IMG/VR virus record: IMGVR_UViG_2541047850_000009
DNA from: a virus
Lineage: Duplodnaviria; Heunggongvirae; Uroviricota; Caudoviricetes
Reading direction: 5' to 3' (one strand)
DNA length: 16,538 bases
Shown here one piece after another: positions 1 to 7,464 of the stretch. How positions within the stretch are numbered: the stretch's first letter is position 1; each line of letters begins with the position of its first letter. Below the pieces are notes generated by a model that worked only from the letters and a program-made list of their open reading frames with translations, ran no database searches and was not told the origin of the DNA. Made by a program: the position numbers and the translations under genes.

Positions 1-1230
1 ATGAGCAGAGCACTTAACAAACTGAGCGATACACAGCTGAGGAAAATCAACGGCACACCCGCCCAAAAAACAGCCTTTCTTAATGACGGTGGAAACCTGA
101 GCGTCAGGCATTCAACCAGTGGCCTTTTAACCTGGTATTTCACTTACAGGGCCGGAACGGGAAGGGGGGCACCACCGGAACGCATTAAGCTGGGAAATTA
201 TCCTGATCTGAGCCTGAAATCAGCCAGGGAAAAAGCCGCCCAGTGTCGCGCATGGCTGGCAGAGGGGAAAAATCCACGTCATGAGCTTAATTACACCGTA
301 CAGGAAGCGTTAAAGCCGGTAACGGTTGGTGATGCGCTCACCTACTGGCTTGAGTCGTACGCAAAGGAAAACCGTGTGGATTATGACCCACTGAAAAAGC
401 GGCTAAATAATCACGTAATACAGCACATTGGCCCTATGCCGCTGGATAAATGCGAGCTACGGCACTGGCTGGCCTGTTTTGATCGGGTGGCAAAGCAAGC
501 CCCTGTTTCCGCCGGGTTCCTGCTACAGACATGCAAGCAGGCGCTTAAGTTCTGCCGGAAGCGGCGCTATGCAATCAGCAACGTTCTTGATGATATGAGT
601 GTGGCGGACGTTGGGAAAAAACCGGATATAAGCGAGCGTGTCTTAAGCAACAAAGAACTTGGCGAATTATTGCAGGCACTGGACAAAAAAATATTCTCCC
701 CCTACTACATCGCGCTAATCCGCCTCCTGATTGTGTTCGGATGCCGGACGGTCGAACTTAGGTTATCGGAGATCGGCGAGTGGGATTTTACCGAAATGCT
801 CTGGACTGTTCCGAAGGAGCACAGCAAAACGAAGGTAGCCATATTCCGGCCCATACCGGAAGCAATACTGCCGTTCGTCACGCAGCTGGTGGAGCAGAAC
901 AAGCACACGGGCTTATTGCTGGGGGAAGTGAAACAGGAAACAAGCGTGTCGCAGTACGGCAGATTAGCGCACAGGAGGCTAAATCACCCTCACTGGTCAC
1001 TACATGACATCCGGCGCACCTTTACAACGATGCTGAACGATTTAGGCGTGGATCCTCACGTCGTGGAGCAGCTTACAGGCCACCAGATGCCAGGAATGCA
1101 GCGAGTTTATAATCATTCCCGTTATCTGGATGCTAAACGCAATGCGCTGGATATGTGGATGGAGCGGTTAGGGATACTGGCGGGAACACATGAAAACGTA
1201 ACCGCACTACCAGTAGCCAGAAGAAAATAA
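1..1230 (+). CDS. int: Tyrosine-type site-specific integrase (P4 / CP4-57-like)
   Basis: 409-aa ORF. C-terminal catalytic region carries the conserved tyrosine-recombinase pattern (HDIRRTF, LTGHQ, terminal VYNHSRY with the catalytic Tyr). N-terminal domain is typical of P4-type integrases. Confidence 0.9.
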   Translation: MSRALNKLSDTQLRKINGTPAQKTAFLNDGGNLSVRHSTSGLLTWYFTYRAGTGRGAPPERIKLGNYPDLSLKSAREKAAQCRAWLAEGKNPRHELNYTVQEALKPVTVGDALTYWLESYAKENRVDYDPLKKRLNNHVIQHIGPMPLDKCELRHWLACFDRVAKQAPVSAGFLLQTCKQALKFCRKRRYAISNVLDDMSVADVGKKPDISERVLSNKELGELLQALDKKIFSPYYIALIRLLIVFGCRTVELRLSEIGEWDFTEMLWTVPKEHSKTKVAIFRPIPEAILPFVTQLVEQNKHTGLLLGEVKQETSVSQYGRLAHRRLNHPHWSLHDIRRTFTTMLNDLGVDPHVVEQLTGHQMPGMQRVYNHSRYLDAKRNALDMWMERLGILAGTHENVTALPVARRK

Positions 1231-1247
1231 TTTTTTTCGTGTTTTTT

Positions 1248-1263
1248 CAGTATGCGCATACTG
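1248..1263. promoter_or_regulatory. Perfect 16-bp palindrome CAGTATGCGCATACTG just downstream of the int stop
   Basis: Read directly from the sequence. Not followed by a T-run on either strand, so a protein-binding site is more likely than an intrinsic terminator. Confidence 0.3.
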
Positions 1264-1286
1264 GATATGCGAACAGATACAACGTG

Positions 1287-1323
1287 CAACAATGAGCAAC
1301 AATGTGGAACAACTACGAACAAG
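1287..1323 (-). repeat. Array of 10-bp-periodic direct repeats (minus-strand reading TTGTTC/TTGTTG + N4); candidate operator array
   Basis: Plus strand reads gcaacaa, gcaacaa, ggaacaa, cgaacaa at 10-bp spacing. The reverse complement matches 7465..7489 at 23 of 25 positions. Confidence 0.5.
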
Positions 1324-1593
1324 AGGCGAAAAAGCGTACGGATTTATAAGTGGCTGATTTTTAATGTGTTACTGGTTTTTATACACTAGCGAATCACTCT
1401 TTAAAGAGCGAGAAAAAAGGCATGGAACAATATTTTATGCCTTTGTATTAACATGAATTTAAAAGATTTTATTCTTACTGTTTCATTTTCTGTAAATCAT
1501 ACATCCTCAGTATTTGCCATTCATCACTCTAGCGGGAACAATACGACACAATAAGACACCTGATGACTCTTTAAGAAACGAAAGGGGGCAATA

Positions 1594-1782
1594 GTGTTAA
1601 GCACTGATCGGTTTATACGTGAAAAAGAATGCAAAAAACTAACCGGCCTTAGCCGTACGTGTCGCTACCGCCTGGAAAAGGCCGGACAATTCCCATCACG
1701 TCGTAAACTTGGCGGTCGTTCCGTTGGCTGGTCTTTATCCGAGGTTCTGGCCTGGAAGGATAGCTGCAAGGCAGTTCATTAA
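1594..1782 (+). CDS. alpA: AlpA/Vis-family winged-helix transcriptional regulator (excisionase-like)
   Basis: 62-aa ORF with GTG start 5 nt after AAAGGGGG. The motif LTGLSRTCRYRLEKAGQFP...KLGGRSVGW matches the AlpA-family pattern (GLSRSTIYR...G.FP.P.KLG.R.V.W). Confidence 0.85.
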   Translation: MLSTDRFIREKECKKLTGLSRTCRYRLEKAGQFPSRRKLGGRSVGWSLSEVLAWKDSCKAVH

Positions 1783-2051
1783 TCACGCTGGCGGCACACA
1801 GCCGCCACACATCAATCATCTGAACACAGAGCTATAACCATGAAGATTGAATATACGCCAGAACGTGGGCGGGGATTCGTTCGCCCTGGTGAAACTGAAA
1901 AACAACAAAATTGGGGTTTTTCAGGCATAACAAAAAGCGCCCAGTTACCTGAGCGCCTTTGTGAACGATTAACCTGCTGCACAAAAAATAAATATGAGCA
2001 TTGGAATTATATCAACTGTGTGAAGAAGCGCCACAATTGCCGGATTACAGG

Positions 2052-2080
2052 CAAAAAAAATGCGACCTATGATGGTCGCA
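2052..2080 (-). terminator. Rho-independent terminator for the leftward small-gene unit
   Basis: 7-bp stem TGCGACC / GGTCGCA with a 6-nt loop (2061..2080). On the minus strand it is followed by a run of 8 T (plus-strand A-run 2053..2060). Confidence 0.5.
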
Positions 2081-2156
2081 AAAATATGATATACATGTTG
2101 ATTACACTATGCATCGACAACGATGCCACATTTTTGGCTGGTTGGCAAATCTGTCA

Positions 2157-2342
2157 TCAGGGCGGACAACAACGCCACGATCTCATCTTTCTTGGGCAAT
2201 TTTTAAGAAAATCCTCAAGGGCAAATCTTTTTGGCCTTGCTTCCTGTTCATGGTCAGGCATTTCATCCATTTCTCTTAATTTTTTTTCTACCTGTCTTTC
2301 AAGTATGGATAATGCGATTTCCCGTAATTCTTCGTTGTTCAT
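2157..2342 (-). CDS. Hypothetical small protein (61 aa)
   Basis: ATG preceded by a strong RBS (CAGGAG, 6-nt spacer). Charged helical-looking N-terminus (MNNEELREIALSILERQVEKKLREMDEM). No family recognised. Confidence 0.5.
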   Translation of the reverse strand: MNNEELREIALSILERQVEKKLREMDEMPDHEQEARPKRFALEDFLKNCPRKMRSWRCCPP

Positions 2343-2399
2343 TGTCTACTCCTGTAAAGAAATGCGCCGTAGTTCCTCACACCACGGCGCTGATAGTTT

Positions 2400-2504
2400 T
2401 TATCCTTTGGGTTCTATGCCGCGTTGCTGTAATTCTTTGCGGATTATTCGCTTTATCCAGGCAGCAAGAGAATCATCGCCGTCCTGTTGTTGTGCCTTTT
2501 CCAT
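2400..2504 (-). CDS. Hypothetical very small protein (35 aa, MEKAQQQDGDDSLAAWIKRIIRKELQQRGIEPKG)
   Basis: Below the ORF-track size cut-off and found by hand translation. Same frame as and just upstream of 2157..2342 (minus), separated by two stops. Weak RBS (GGGAAAAG). Confidence 0.3.
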   Translation of the reverse strand: MEKAQQQDGDDSLAAWIKRIIRKELQQRGIEPKG

Positions 2505-2572
2505 CTTTTCCCGTAAGTCAGGATCTAAACGGAACTGGAACGGAGGATTACCACGCCTTTCGTTTTTGTGTA

Positions 2573-2628
2573 TTGACACGTTAATTACACCTCATGTAAT
2601 GTATTTATGTGTAATGACACATTACACA
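2573..2628. promoter_or_regulatory. Divergent control region with operator-like inverted repeats and a TTGACA -35-like hexamer
   Basis: TTGACA at 2573..2578. Inverted repeat ATTACA-N5-TGTAAT at 2584..2600. Perfect 21-bp palindrome TGTGTAATG-ACA-CATTACACA at 2608..2628. Four TGTAAT/ATTACA half-sites in total, placed between leftward (2504) and rightward (2709) gene starts. Confidence 0.45.
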
Positions 2629-2708
2629 CAATCAACACAAAAAGCAAAGCCCCGCACTGTAGGAGCAGTAACGGGGCTTCTAACCAACAACGTAAACTAG
2701 GAGCCGTT

Positions 2709-2906
2709 ATGGTTGCCGTAAATCATATACCACACCTTGTACACACACAAACGGCCTTTGTGTGGCGTTTTCTGGCACTGAGTGCCGGAGAATCTCAAAT
2801 CATCCACGTAACCGCCTGGACGGAACGCGAAGCGCGTAGCCGTTGCCCGTCCGGTTGTGTTGCTGTATTCGCCGCCCGTATTCGTCAGGGGTCACATCAT
2901 GCGTAA
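2709..2906 (+). CDS. Small conserved protein (66 aa), paralog of the C-terminus of the next gene; possibly Ash/Icd-like (family assignment from memory, unverified)
   Basis: ATG with AGGAG RBS at a 5-nt spacer. Shares FVWRF...VTA.TEREAR...ARIRQG..HA with 2899..3363. Stop overlaps the next start (ATGCGTAA). Confidence 0.6.
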   Translation: MVAVNHIPHLVHTQTAFVWRFLALSAGESQIIHVTAWTEREARSRCPSGCVAVFAARIRQGSHHA

Positions 2907-3363
2907 AAACCGCTTGCAAAAAATTATCACGGGGCTGTATGCTTCCCCCGTCGCCCACATGGCGACCGGGTTTGACAGCCTGAATACATCTGGCGGACAG
3001 CCGCCCACATCCGATAAGCGGTTTTTTTGTGTCCGTAAACCTACCCATACCCGCATTATGGCGGGGCGTAACGGGGGAGCCTTTGTGCTCGCTGGTTTCC
3101 AGATGACCAGTCTGTCAACCCTGTTACGTCTCGCCACCATGTTTGACAGCGTAGTAGCGAGACTCCTTAAAATTCATCTGGGAGCCTTTCACATGGCTGT
3201 ATCCGCACGCCCTTACTTTGTCTGGCGCTTTATGCAGTGCCTGACAGACAGCATTGCAATATTCACCGTTACCGCTGCCACTGAGCGCGAAGCACGCGCA
3301 CAGCTGCCGCACGCACATCTTATTTTTGTCGCCCGTATTCGTCAGGGGGTGTGCCATGCCTGA
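2899..3363 (+). CDS. Hypothetical protein (154 aa) whose C-terminal 50 aa is paralogous to the 2709..2906 product
   Basis: Translationally coupled start. C-terminus RPYFVWRF...TEREAR...ARIRQGVCHA. The same 19-nt DNA string cgcccgtattcgtcagggg occurs at 2873..2891 and 3330..3348. Confidence 0.6.
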   Translation: MRKNRLQKIITGLYASPVAHMATGFDSLNTSGGQPPTSDKRFFCVRKPTHTRIMAGRNGGAFVLAGFQMTSLSTLLRLATMFDSVVARLLKIHLGAFHMAVSARPYFVWRFMQCLTDSIAIFTVTAATEREARAQLPHAHLIFVARIRQGVCHA

Positions 3364-3676
3364 CATGACCAATTACCAGTACCTGATTAATCCGCATTTT
3401 AACTGTGAGCATGATATTGCTAAAAAGGTTTATTCCGCTGCGGATGGGGCTACTGACAATATATCAATGGCTGTTTCGTCAATTGGTAGCCTGATGTGGT
3501 ATGCGTCAGAAAATAAGGAATATGACGAAAAGGCCATGCGCATTGATATGGGTAATATCGGTTTGTTACTGGCAATGCTTGGGCAGTTTGATATTTCGTT
3601 ACGGTGCACCATTGAAAATGCCAAAGATGCATTAAATGCTATAAAGAAAGCGAATACTGATTTAAATCGGGGATAA
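3356..3676 (+). CDS. Hypothetical protein (106 aa), AT-rich gene
   Basis: ATG overlaps the preceding stop (ATGCCTGA); AGGGGG lies 8 nt upstream. GC content looks clearly lower than neighbouring genes by eye. No family recognised. Confidence 0.5.
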   Translation: MPDMTNYQYLINPHFNCEHDIAKKVYSAADGATDNISMAVSSIGSLMWYASENKEYDEKAMRIDMGNIGLLLAMLGQFDISLRCTIENAKDALNAIKKANTDLNRG

Positions 3677-3682
3677 ATAATC

Positions 3683-3982
3683 ATGAGAACATATTTATCT
3701 GGCTTGACTGCCAGCGGTTATGCACACCCCCAAATTATCCCCGGCGCTATTTATCTGGATAAGAACGGTAACAGAGTAACGGTAAAAGAACTGATGTTTG
3801 ACCGAGTGTATTTTATCCGTGATGGCTATTCATTTCTTAGTTCGCTGAACGTGGAGATCTTTATTAGCAGATTCAGGCGGGAAATCCCGCTTTCCAGAAA
3901 TAACCATGTGTCATGTATGGATGTTGATAAAAAACTACAGGAACTAAAAAACATGATTGCCGCGTGGAGAGAGCAGAAATGA
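3683..3982 (+). CDS. Hypothetical protein (99 aa), AT-rich gene
   Basis: ATG 6 nt after the previous stop. Its stop overlaps the primase start (ATGA). No family recognised. Confidence 0.5.
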   Translation: MRTYLSGLTASGYAHPQIIPGAIYLDKNGNRVTVKELMFDRVYFIRDGYSFLSSLNVEIFISRFRREIPLSRNNHVSCMDVDKKLQELKNMIAAWREQK

Positions 3983-6102
3983 AAAAAGCGCCAAATTTAA
4001 AACACCAGCCACGTGACAAAATGACGGAAGTCATCATTTTTGCGGGTAGTGATGCGTGGGCACATGCGAAGCAGTGGCAGGAACAGGACGGGCGACTGGC
4101 TGGCGACAGCGTGCCTCCTGTCTGGCTTGGAGAGCAACAACTTGCCGAACTGGATAAGCTGCAAATTGTGCCGGAAGGCCGAAAATCAGTACGCATATTC
4201 AGGGCCGGACATCTTGAGCCAGTAATGATCAAGGCGATTGGTCAGAAGCTGGCGGCGGCAGGCGTACAGGATGCAAATTTTTACCCTGATGGAATGCACG
4301 GTCAGGAGGTGGAGAACTGGCGCGAATATCTGGCCCGTGAGCGGCAGAATCTTTCTGATGGTCTGGTTATTGAGTTTCCGGTAAAGAAAAAAGATACCGG
4401 AAGCCATAGCGATGACGAATTAAAGCCACGCGTTGAAAGTCGCGCCGATGGTGTTTTCTGGGTAACGCCCAAAGTGGATAAGCAGTCAGGCGAAATTATC
4501 CGGCCTGAGACGTGGTTATGTTCTCCGCTTGAACTACTGGGAACGGGGACGATCGGTAAAGAGCATTACCGCGTGATGCGCTGGAAAAAAACCGCAAACC
4601 ATGAAGTCATCACAATGGCGATCCCGTGTGGTGGTATCGGCGACCGTGACGGCTGGCGGTTACTTAAAGATCACGGGCTGAACGTGACAACCAACGGCAA
4701 ATACAGGGCAATCCTGGCGGACTGGATGCAGTTAAGCGGAAGCCATGAGGAATGGCAGTTAAGCACAACAACGGGCTGGCATTTTGGCGCGTACATCATG
4801 CCGGACGGTTCGATCATTGGTGAATCTGAAAAACCGATCCTGTTTACCGGAAAAAGCGCCGCGATTAACGGTTATTCCGTGGCGGGCACGGCGGATGGCT
4901 GGCGCGACAGCGTGGCGCGGCTGGCTGGCGGTAATGCCTCAATGATGCTGGGTGTGGCAACGTCACTGGCAGCGCCTTTAATTGGCCTTGTGGGTGCTGA
5001 CGGCTTCGGGGTGCATCTTTTCGAACAGTCATCGGCAGGTAAGACCACCACGCAGAACATCGCATCAAGTTTATGGGGAGAGCCGGACGCGCAGCGGCTG
5101 ACCTGGTACGGCACGGCGTTAGGTATTGCCAATGAGGCCGAGGCCCATAATGACGGGCTTTTACCACTGGATGAGATAGGCCAGGCCGGAAATGCGCGGG
5201 AAGTGTCAACGTCTGCTTATACGCTGTTTAACGGTTCAGGGAAATTGCAGGGGGCGAAGGATGGCGGCAACAGGGAGATCAAACACTGGCGAACGGTGGC
5301 AATCAGCACCGGAGAAATGGACGTTGAGACATTCCTCAAAAGTGAGGGGATAAAAGTTAAGGCGGGGCAGCTTGTCCGACTGCTTAACGTTCCGATGGAA
5401 AAAGCCACGAAATTTCACGAATACAGCAACGGTAAGGAACATGCTGACGCGTTAAAGGATGCCTGGACAGCAAATCACGGGGCGGCGGGTCGTGAGTGGG
5501 TTAAATGGCTGGCAGGCCACCAGCAGGAGGCAAAGGATACGGTAAGGGAATGCCGCGAACGGTGGCGCAACCTGATACCGGAGAGCTACGGCGAGCAGGT
5601 CCACCGCGTGGGTGAACGTTTCGCCATACTGGAGGCCGCGCTTGTGCTTTCCGGTCATGTAACTGGCTGGGTCGTGCAGGAATGCCGCGACGCGATACAG
5701 CATAACTTTAATGCCTGGGTGAAGGAGTTCGGCACGGGTAACAGGGAATTTAAACAGATGGTTGAACAGGCTGAGGCGTTTTTGTCGTCGTTTGGGTTTA
5801 GCCGCTACCTTCCGTACCCCAATACAGATGAGCGTGATTTACCGATTAAAGAGCTTGCCGGATACAGAAAAGGGAGCATTCGCAACGAAGATGACGAGAT
5901 GCGCTATTACACGTTCCCGCACGTGTTTGAGAGTGAGATAGCGAAGGGATTTAATCCGGCGCATTTTGCGCGTGCCCTGGATGCTGCCGGAATGCTGGAG
6001 AAGGGAAGCGATCGCCGATACAAAAAAAAGGCGCTGGGCAAGATTGGGGGTAAGCAGCATGTTTTTTACGTGCTGATGTTCCAGCCTGATGATGAAGATT
6101 AA
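3979..6102 (+). CDS. Primase-helicase type replication protein (DUF927 / D5-like NTPase, P4 alpha-like)
   Basis: 707-aa ORF. P-loop-like FEQSSAGKTT and Walker-B-like LLPLDEIG in the central region. Sits immediately upstream of an iteron array. Domain family assigned from memory of typical satellite annotations. Confidence 0.75.
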   Translation: MKKAPNLKHQPRDKMTEVIIFAGSDAWAHAKQWQEQDGRLAGDSVPPVWLGEQQLAELDKLQIVPEGRKSVRIFRAGHLEPVMIKAIGQKLAAAGVQDANFYPDGMHGQEVENWREYLARERQNLSDGLVIEFPVKKKDTGSHSDDELKPRVESRADGVFWVTPKVDKQSGEIIRPETWLCSPLELLGTGTIGKEHYRVMRWKKTANHEVITMAIPCGGIGDRDGWRLLKDHGLNVTTNGKYRAILADWMQLSGSHEEWQLSTTTGWHFGAYIMPDGSIIGESEKPILFTGKSAAINGYSVAGTADGWRDSVARLAGGNASMMLGVATSLAAPLIGLVGADGFGVHLFEQSSAGKTTTQNIASSLWGEPDAQRLTWYGTALGIANEAEAHNDGLLPLDEIGQAGNAREVSTSAYTLFNGSGKLQGAKDGGNREIKHWRTVAISTGEMDVETFLKSEGIKVKAGQLVRLLNVPMEKATKFHEYSNGKEHADALKDAWTANHGAAGREWVKWLAGHQQEAKDTVRECRERWRNLIPESYGEQVHRVGERFAILEAALVLSGHVTGWVVQECRDAIQHNFNAWVKEFGTGNREFKQMVEQAEAFLSSFGFSRYLPYPNTDERDLPIKELAGYRKGSIRNEDDEMRYYTFPHVFESEIAKGFNPAHFARALDAAGMLEKGSDRRYKKKALGKIGGKQHVFYVLMFQPDDED

Positions 6103-6124
6103 TCCCCTGTGTGAGGAAAAAAAT

Positions 6125-6463
6125 TGCGGGTTATGCGGGTTATCCTGTGTATAAGTGTATTAAGTGCATGAATATAAAGGAAACCAATAACCCGCACGTA
6201 ACCCGCAAAAGGGCATTTATAACCCGCAAAAGCACGATTATAACCCGCTGGCGAATAACTGAAGTAACACCGGACAGTCATGCGTAACCCGCAGAAAAAA
6301 ACCGTTTGCGGGTTATTTTGAGCGTTTTGCGGGTTACGTGGTGAGCAAATAATAAACAGGGCGTTTTGCAAAATACTGATATAAAAGGATAAAAAATGGT
6401 TAGCACGCTAAGATAACCCAATAACCCGCATAACCCGCACATGTTTCTATATATATATAAATT
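6125..6463. repeat. Replication origin candidate: iteron array (9-bp TAACCCGCA in both orientations) plus AT-rich tract
   Basis: TGCGGGTTA at 6125, 6134, 6307, 6328. TAACCCGCA at 6188, 6199, 6220, 6285, 6422, 6431, with degenerate copies at 6241 and 6414. AT-rich tttctatatatatataaatt at 6443..6463. Confidence 0.7.
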
Positions 6464-6473
6464 GAGGTGGCAA

Positions 6474-6725
6474 ATGACCAGAACACGCAGAGACAGAACA
6501 GAGCCAAAATATAAAGCGTTAGACATGACTGAGCACACCTTAAAGGTGGCAATCAGAACGATAGACCGCCACACGCGGGAAGGATACGCGAAGGAACATC
6601 CCGACCTGATAAGCGCATTCATGACCACGACGGCGGCAAACTTTGCCACGCTGACAGAGCGGGAGATTGCCGAAGCGGAACAGGTAACAACCATCAACGT
6701 TAAAACCGGAGAGCAGACAGCATGA
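6474..6725 (+). CDS. Hypothetical basic small protein (83 aa)
   Basis: ATG after GAGGTG. Stop overlaps the ssb start (ATGA). Lies between the origin and ssb. No family recognised. Confidence 0.5.
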   Translation: MTRTRRDRTEPKYKALDMTEHTLKVAIRTIDRHTREGYAKEHPDLISAFMTTTAANFATLTEREIAEAEQVTTINVKTGEQTA

Positions 6726-7132
6726 CAGCACAGATAGCGGCTTACGGGCGGCTGGTGGACGACCCGCAGGTAAAACAGACCAGCAAGGGCACACCGATGA
6801 CGCTGGCGCGTATGGCGGTATCTTTGCCATGCAGCCAGGCACAGGACGGACAGGCGACGTTATGGTTATCGGTCATCGCATTTGGCAAACAGGCCGACCA
6901 ACTGGCAGGACATGAGAAAGGCAACGTAATCAGCGTATCCGGCGTGATGCAGATAAGCCAGTGGACCGGACAGAACGGGGAGACGCGTCAGGGTTATCAG
7001 GTCATTGCAGACAGCGTAATCAGTGCCCGTGCGGCACGTCCTGGCGGGAACAGACGCAAAACCACAGGCACACAGGGTAATCAGCCACCAGCGGGAGACG
7101 ATGACCCCTACGGTGATGATATTCCGTTCTGA
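6722..7132 (+). CDS. ssb: Single-stranded DNA-binding protein
   Basis: 136-aa ORF. OB-fold-like N-terminal region, glycine/glutamine-rich linker, and the diagnostic acidic tail DDDPYGDDIPF. Confidence 0.85.
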   Translation: MTAQIAAYGRLVDDPQVKQTSKGTPMTLARMAVSLPCSQAQDGQATLWLSVIAFGKQADQLAGHEKGNVISVSGVMQISQWTGQNGETRQGYQVIADSVISARAARPGGNRRKTTGTQGNQPPAGDDDPYGDDIPF

Positions 7133-7144
7133 GGGGTGGGGACG

Positions 7145-7417
7145 ATGGTACATGACCGCATAGCGGAAGAACTGGAGGCGAAAGGCTTTTACCGGAGAGC
7201 GTCGGCGCGATGGGGTGAAGTCATGCAACTGGTGGAGACAGACAAGGAACGGCATCACATCACGATGCGACGGCTGGAATGTTCCAGGAAGGCACAGAGG
7301 CCACCGGAGCCGCCGGATAATTACGGAGACCTGAAAAAGGCGGTCGATCGCACTTATGCCGAAATGGGTATGGATGGTGCTGGTGATGAAATATGGCGAA
7401 ATTACCAGGACAGATAA
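7145..7417 (+). CDS. PerC-family-like transcriptional regulator
   Basis: 90-aa ORF from the ATG at 7145 (the track start at 7136 is GTG). N-terminal motif DRIAEELEAKGFYRRASARWGEV resembles the PerC/Pch signature (AE.LE..G.WRRAA.RW) as I recall it. Confidence 0.5.
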   Translation: MVHDRIAEELEAKGFYRRASARWGEVMQLVETDKERHHITMRRLECSRKAQRPPEPPDNYGDLKKAVDRTYAEMGMDGAGDEIWRNYQDR

Positions 7418-7423
7418 TCACAC

Positions 7424-7446
7424 AGCCGGAGCAATCCGGCTTTTTG
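7424..7446 (+). terminator. Rho-independent terminator after the PerC-like gene
   Basis: Stem GCCGGA / TCCGGC with GCAA tetraloop, followed by TTTTT. Confidence 0.6.
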
Positions 7447-7464
7447 TCATGTTTTGTAAATTAT

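Noticed and set aside
1789-1807. Hairpin TGGCGGC-ACACA-GCCGCCA just after alpA as an intrinsic terminator
   Set aside because: No T-run follows on the plus strand, so it is not a canonical Rho-independent terminator. It may still be a stabilising stem-loop.
2231-2584. 117-aa plus-strand ORF
   Set aside because: Lies inside the same region and overlaps the minus-strand genes and the operator region. Hydrophobic nonsense-like translation with no start signals.
1840-2700. 286-aa plus-strand ORF from the track
   Set aside because: Cys/Ser-rich, low-complexity translation with no RBS. It overlaps two minus-strand ORFs that have better start contexts and a terminator. Most likely a spurious open frame.
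4865-5703. Several minus-strand ORFs (63 to 114 aa) antisense to the primase gene
   Set aside because: Entirely embedded antisense in a well-supported long coding region. Pro/Arg-rich translations typical of the reverse frame of a GC-rich gene.
6125-6439. Possible CRISPR array (short repeated sequence)
   Set aside because: Repeat unit is only 9 bp, occurs in both orientations with irregular spacing, and has no spacer structure or nearby cas genes. The iteron interpretation fits better.
6099-6697. Minus-strand ORFs of 90 and 139 aa across the iteron region
   Set aside because: They run through the repeat array and AT-rich origin and overlap the plus-strand small gene. Their repetitive translation reflects the iterons, not a protein.
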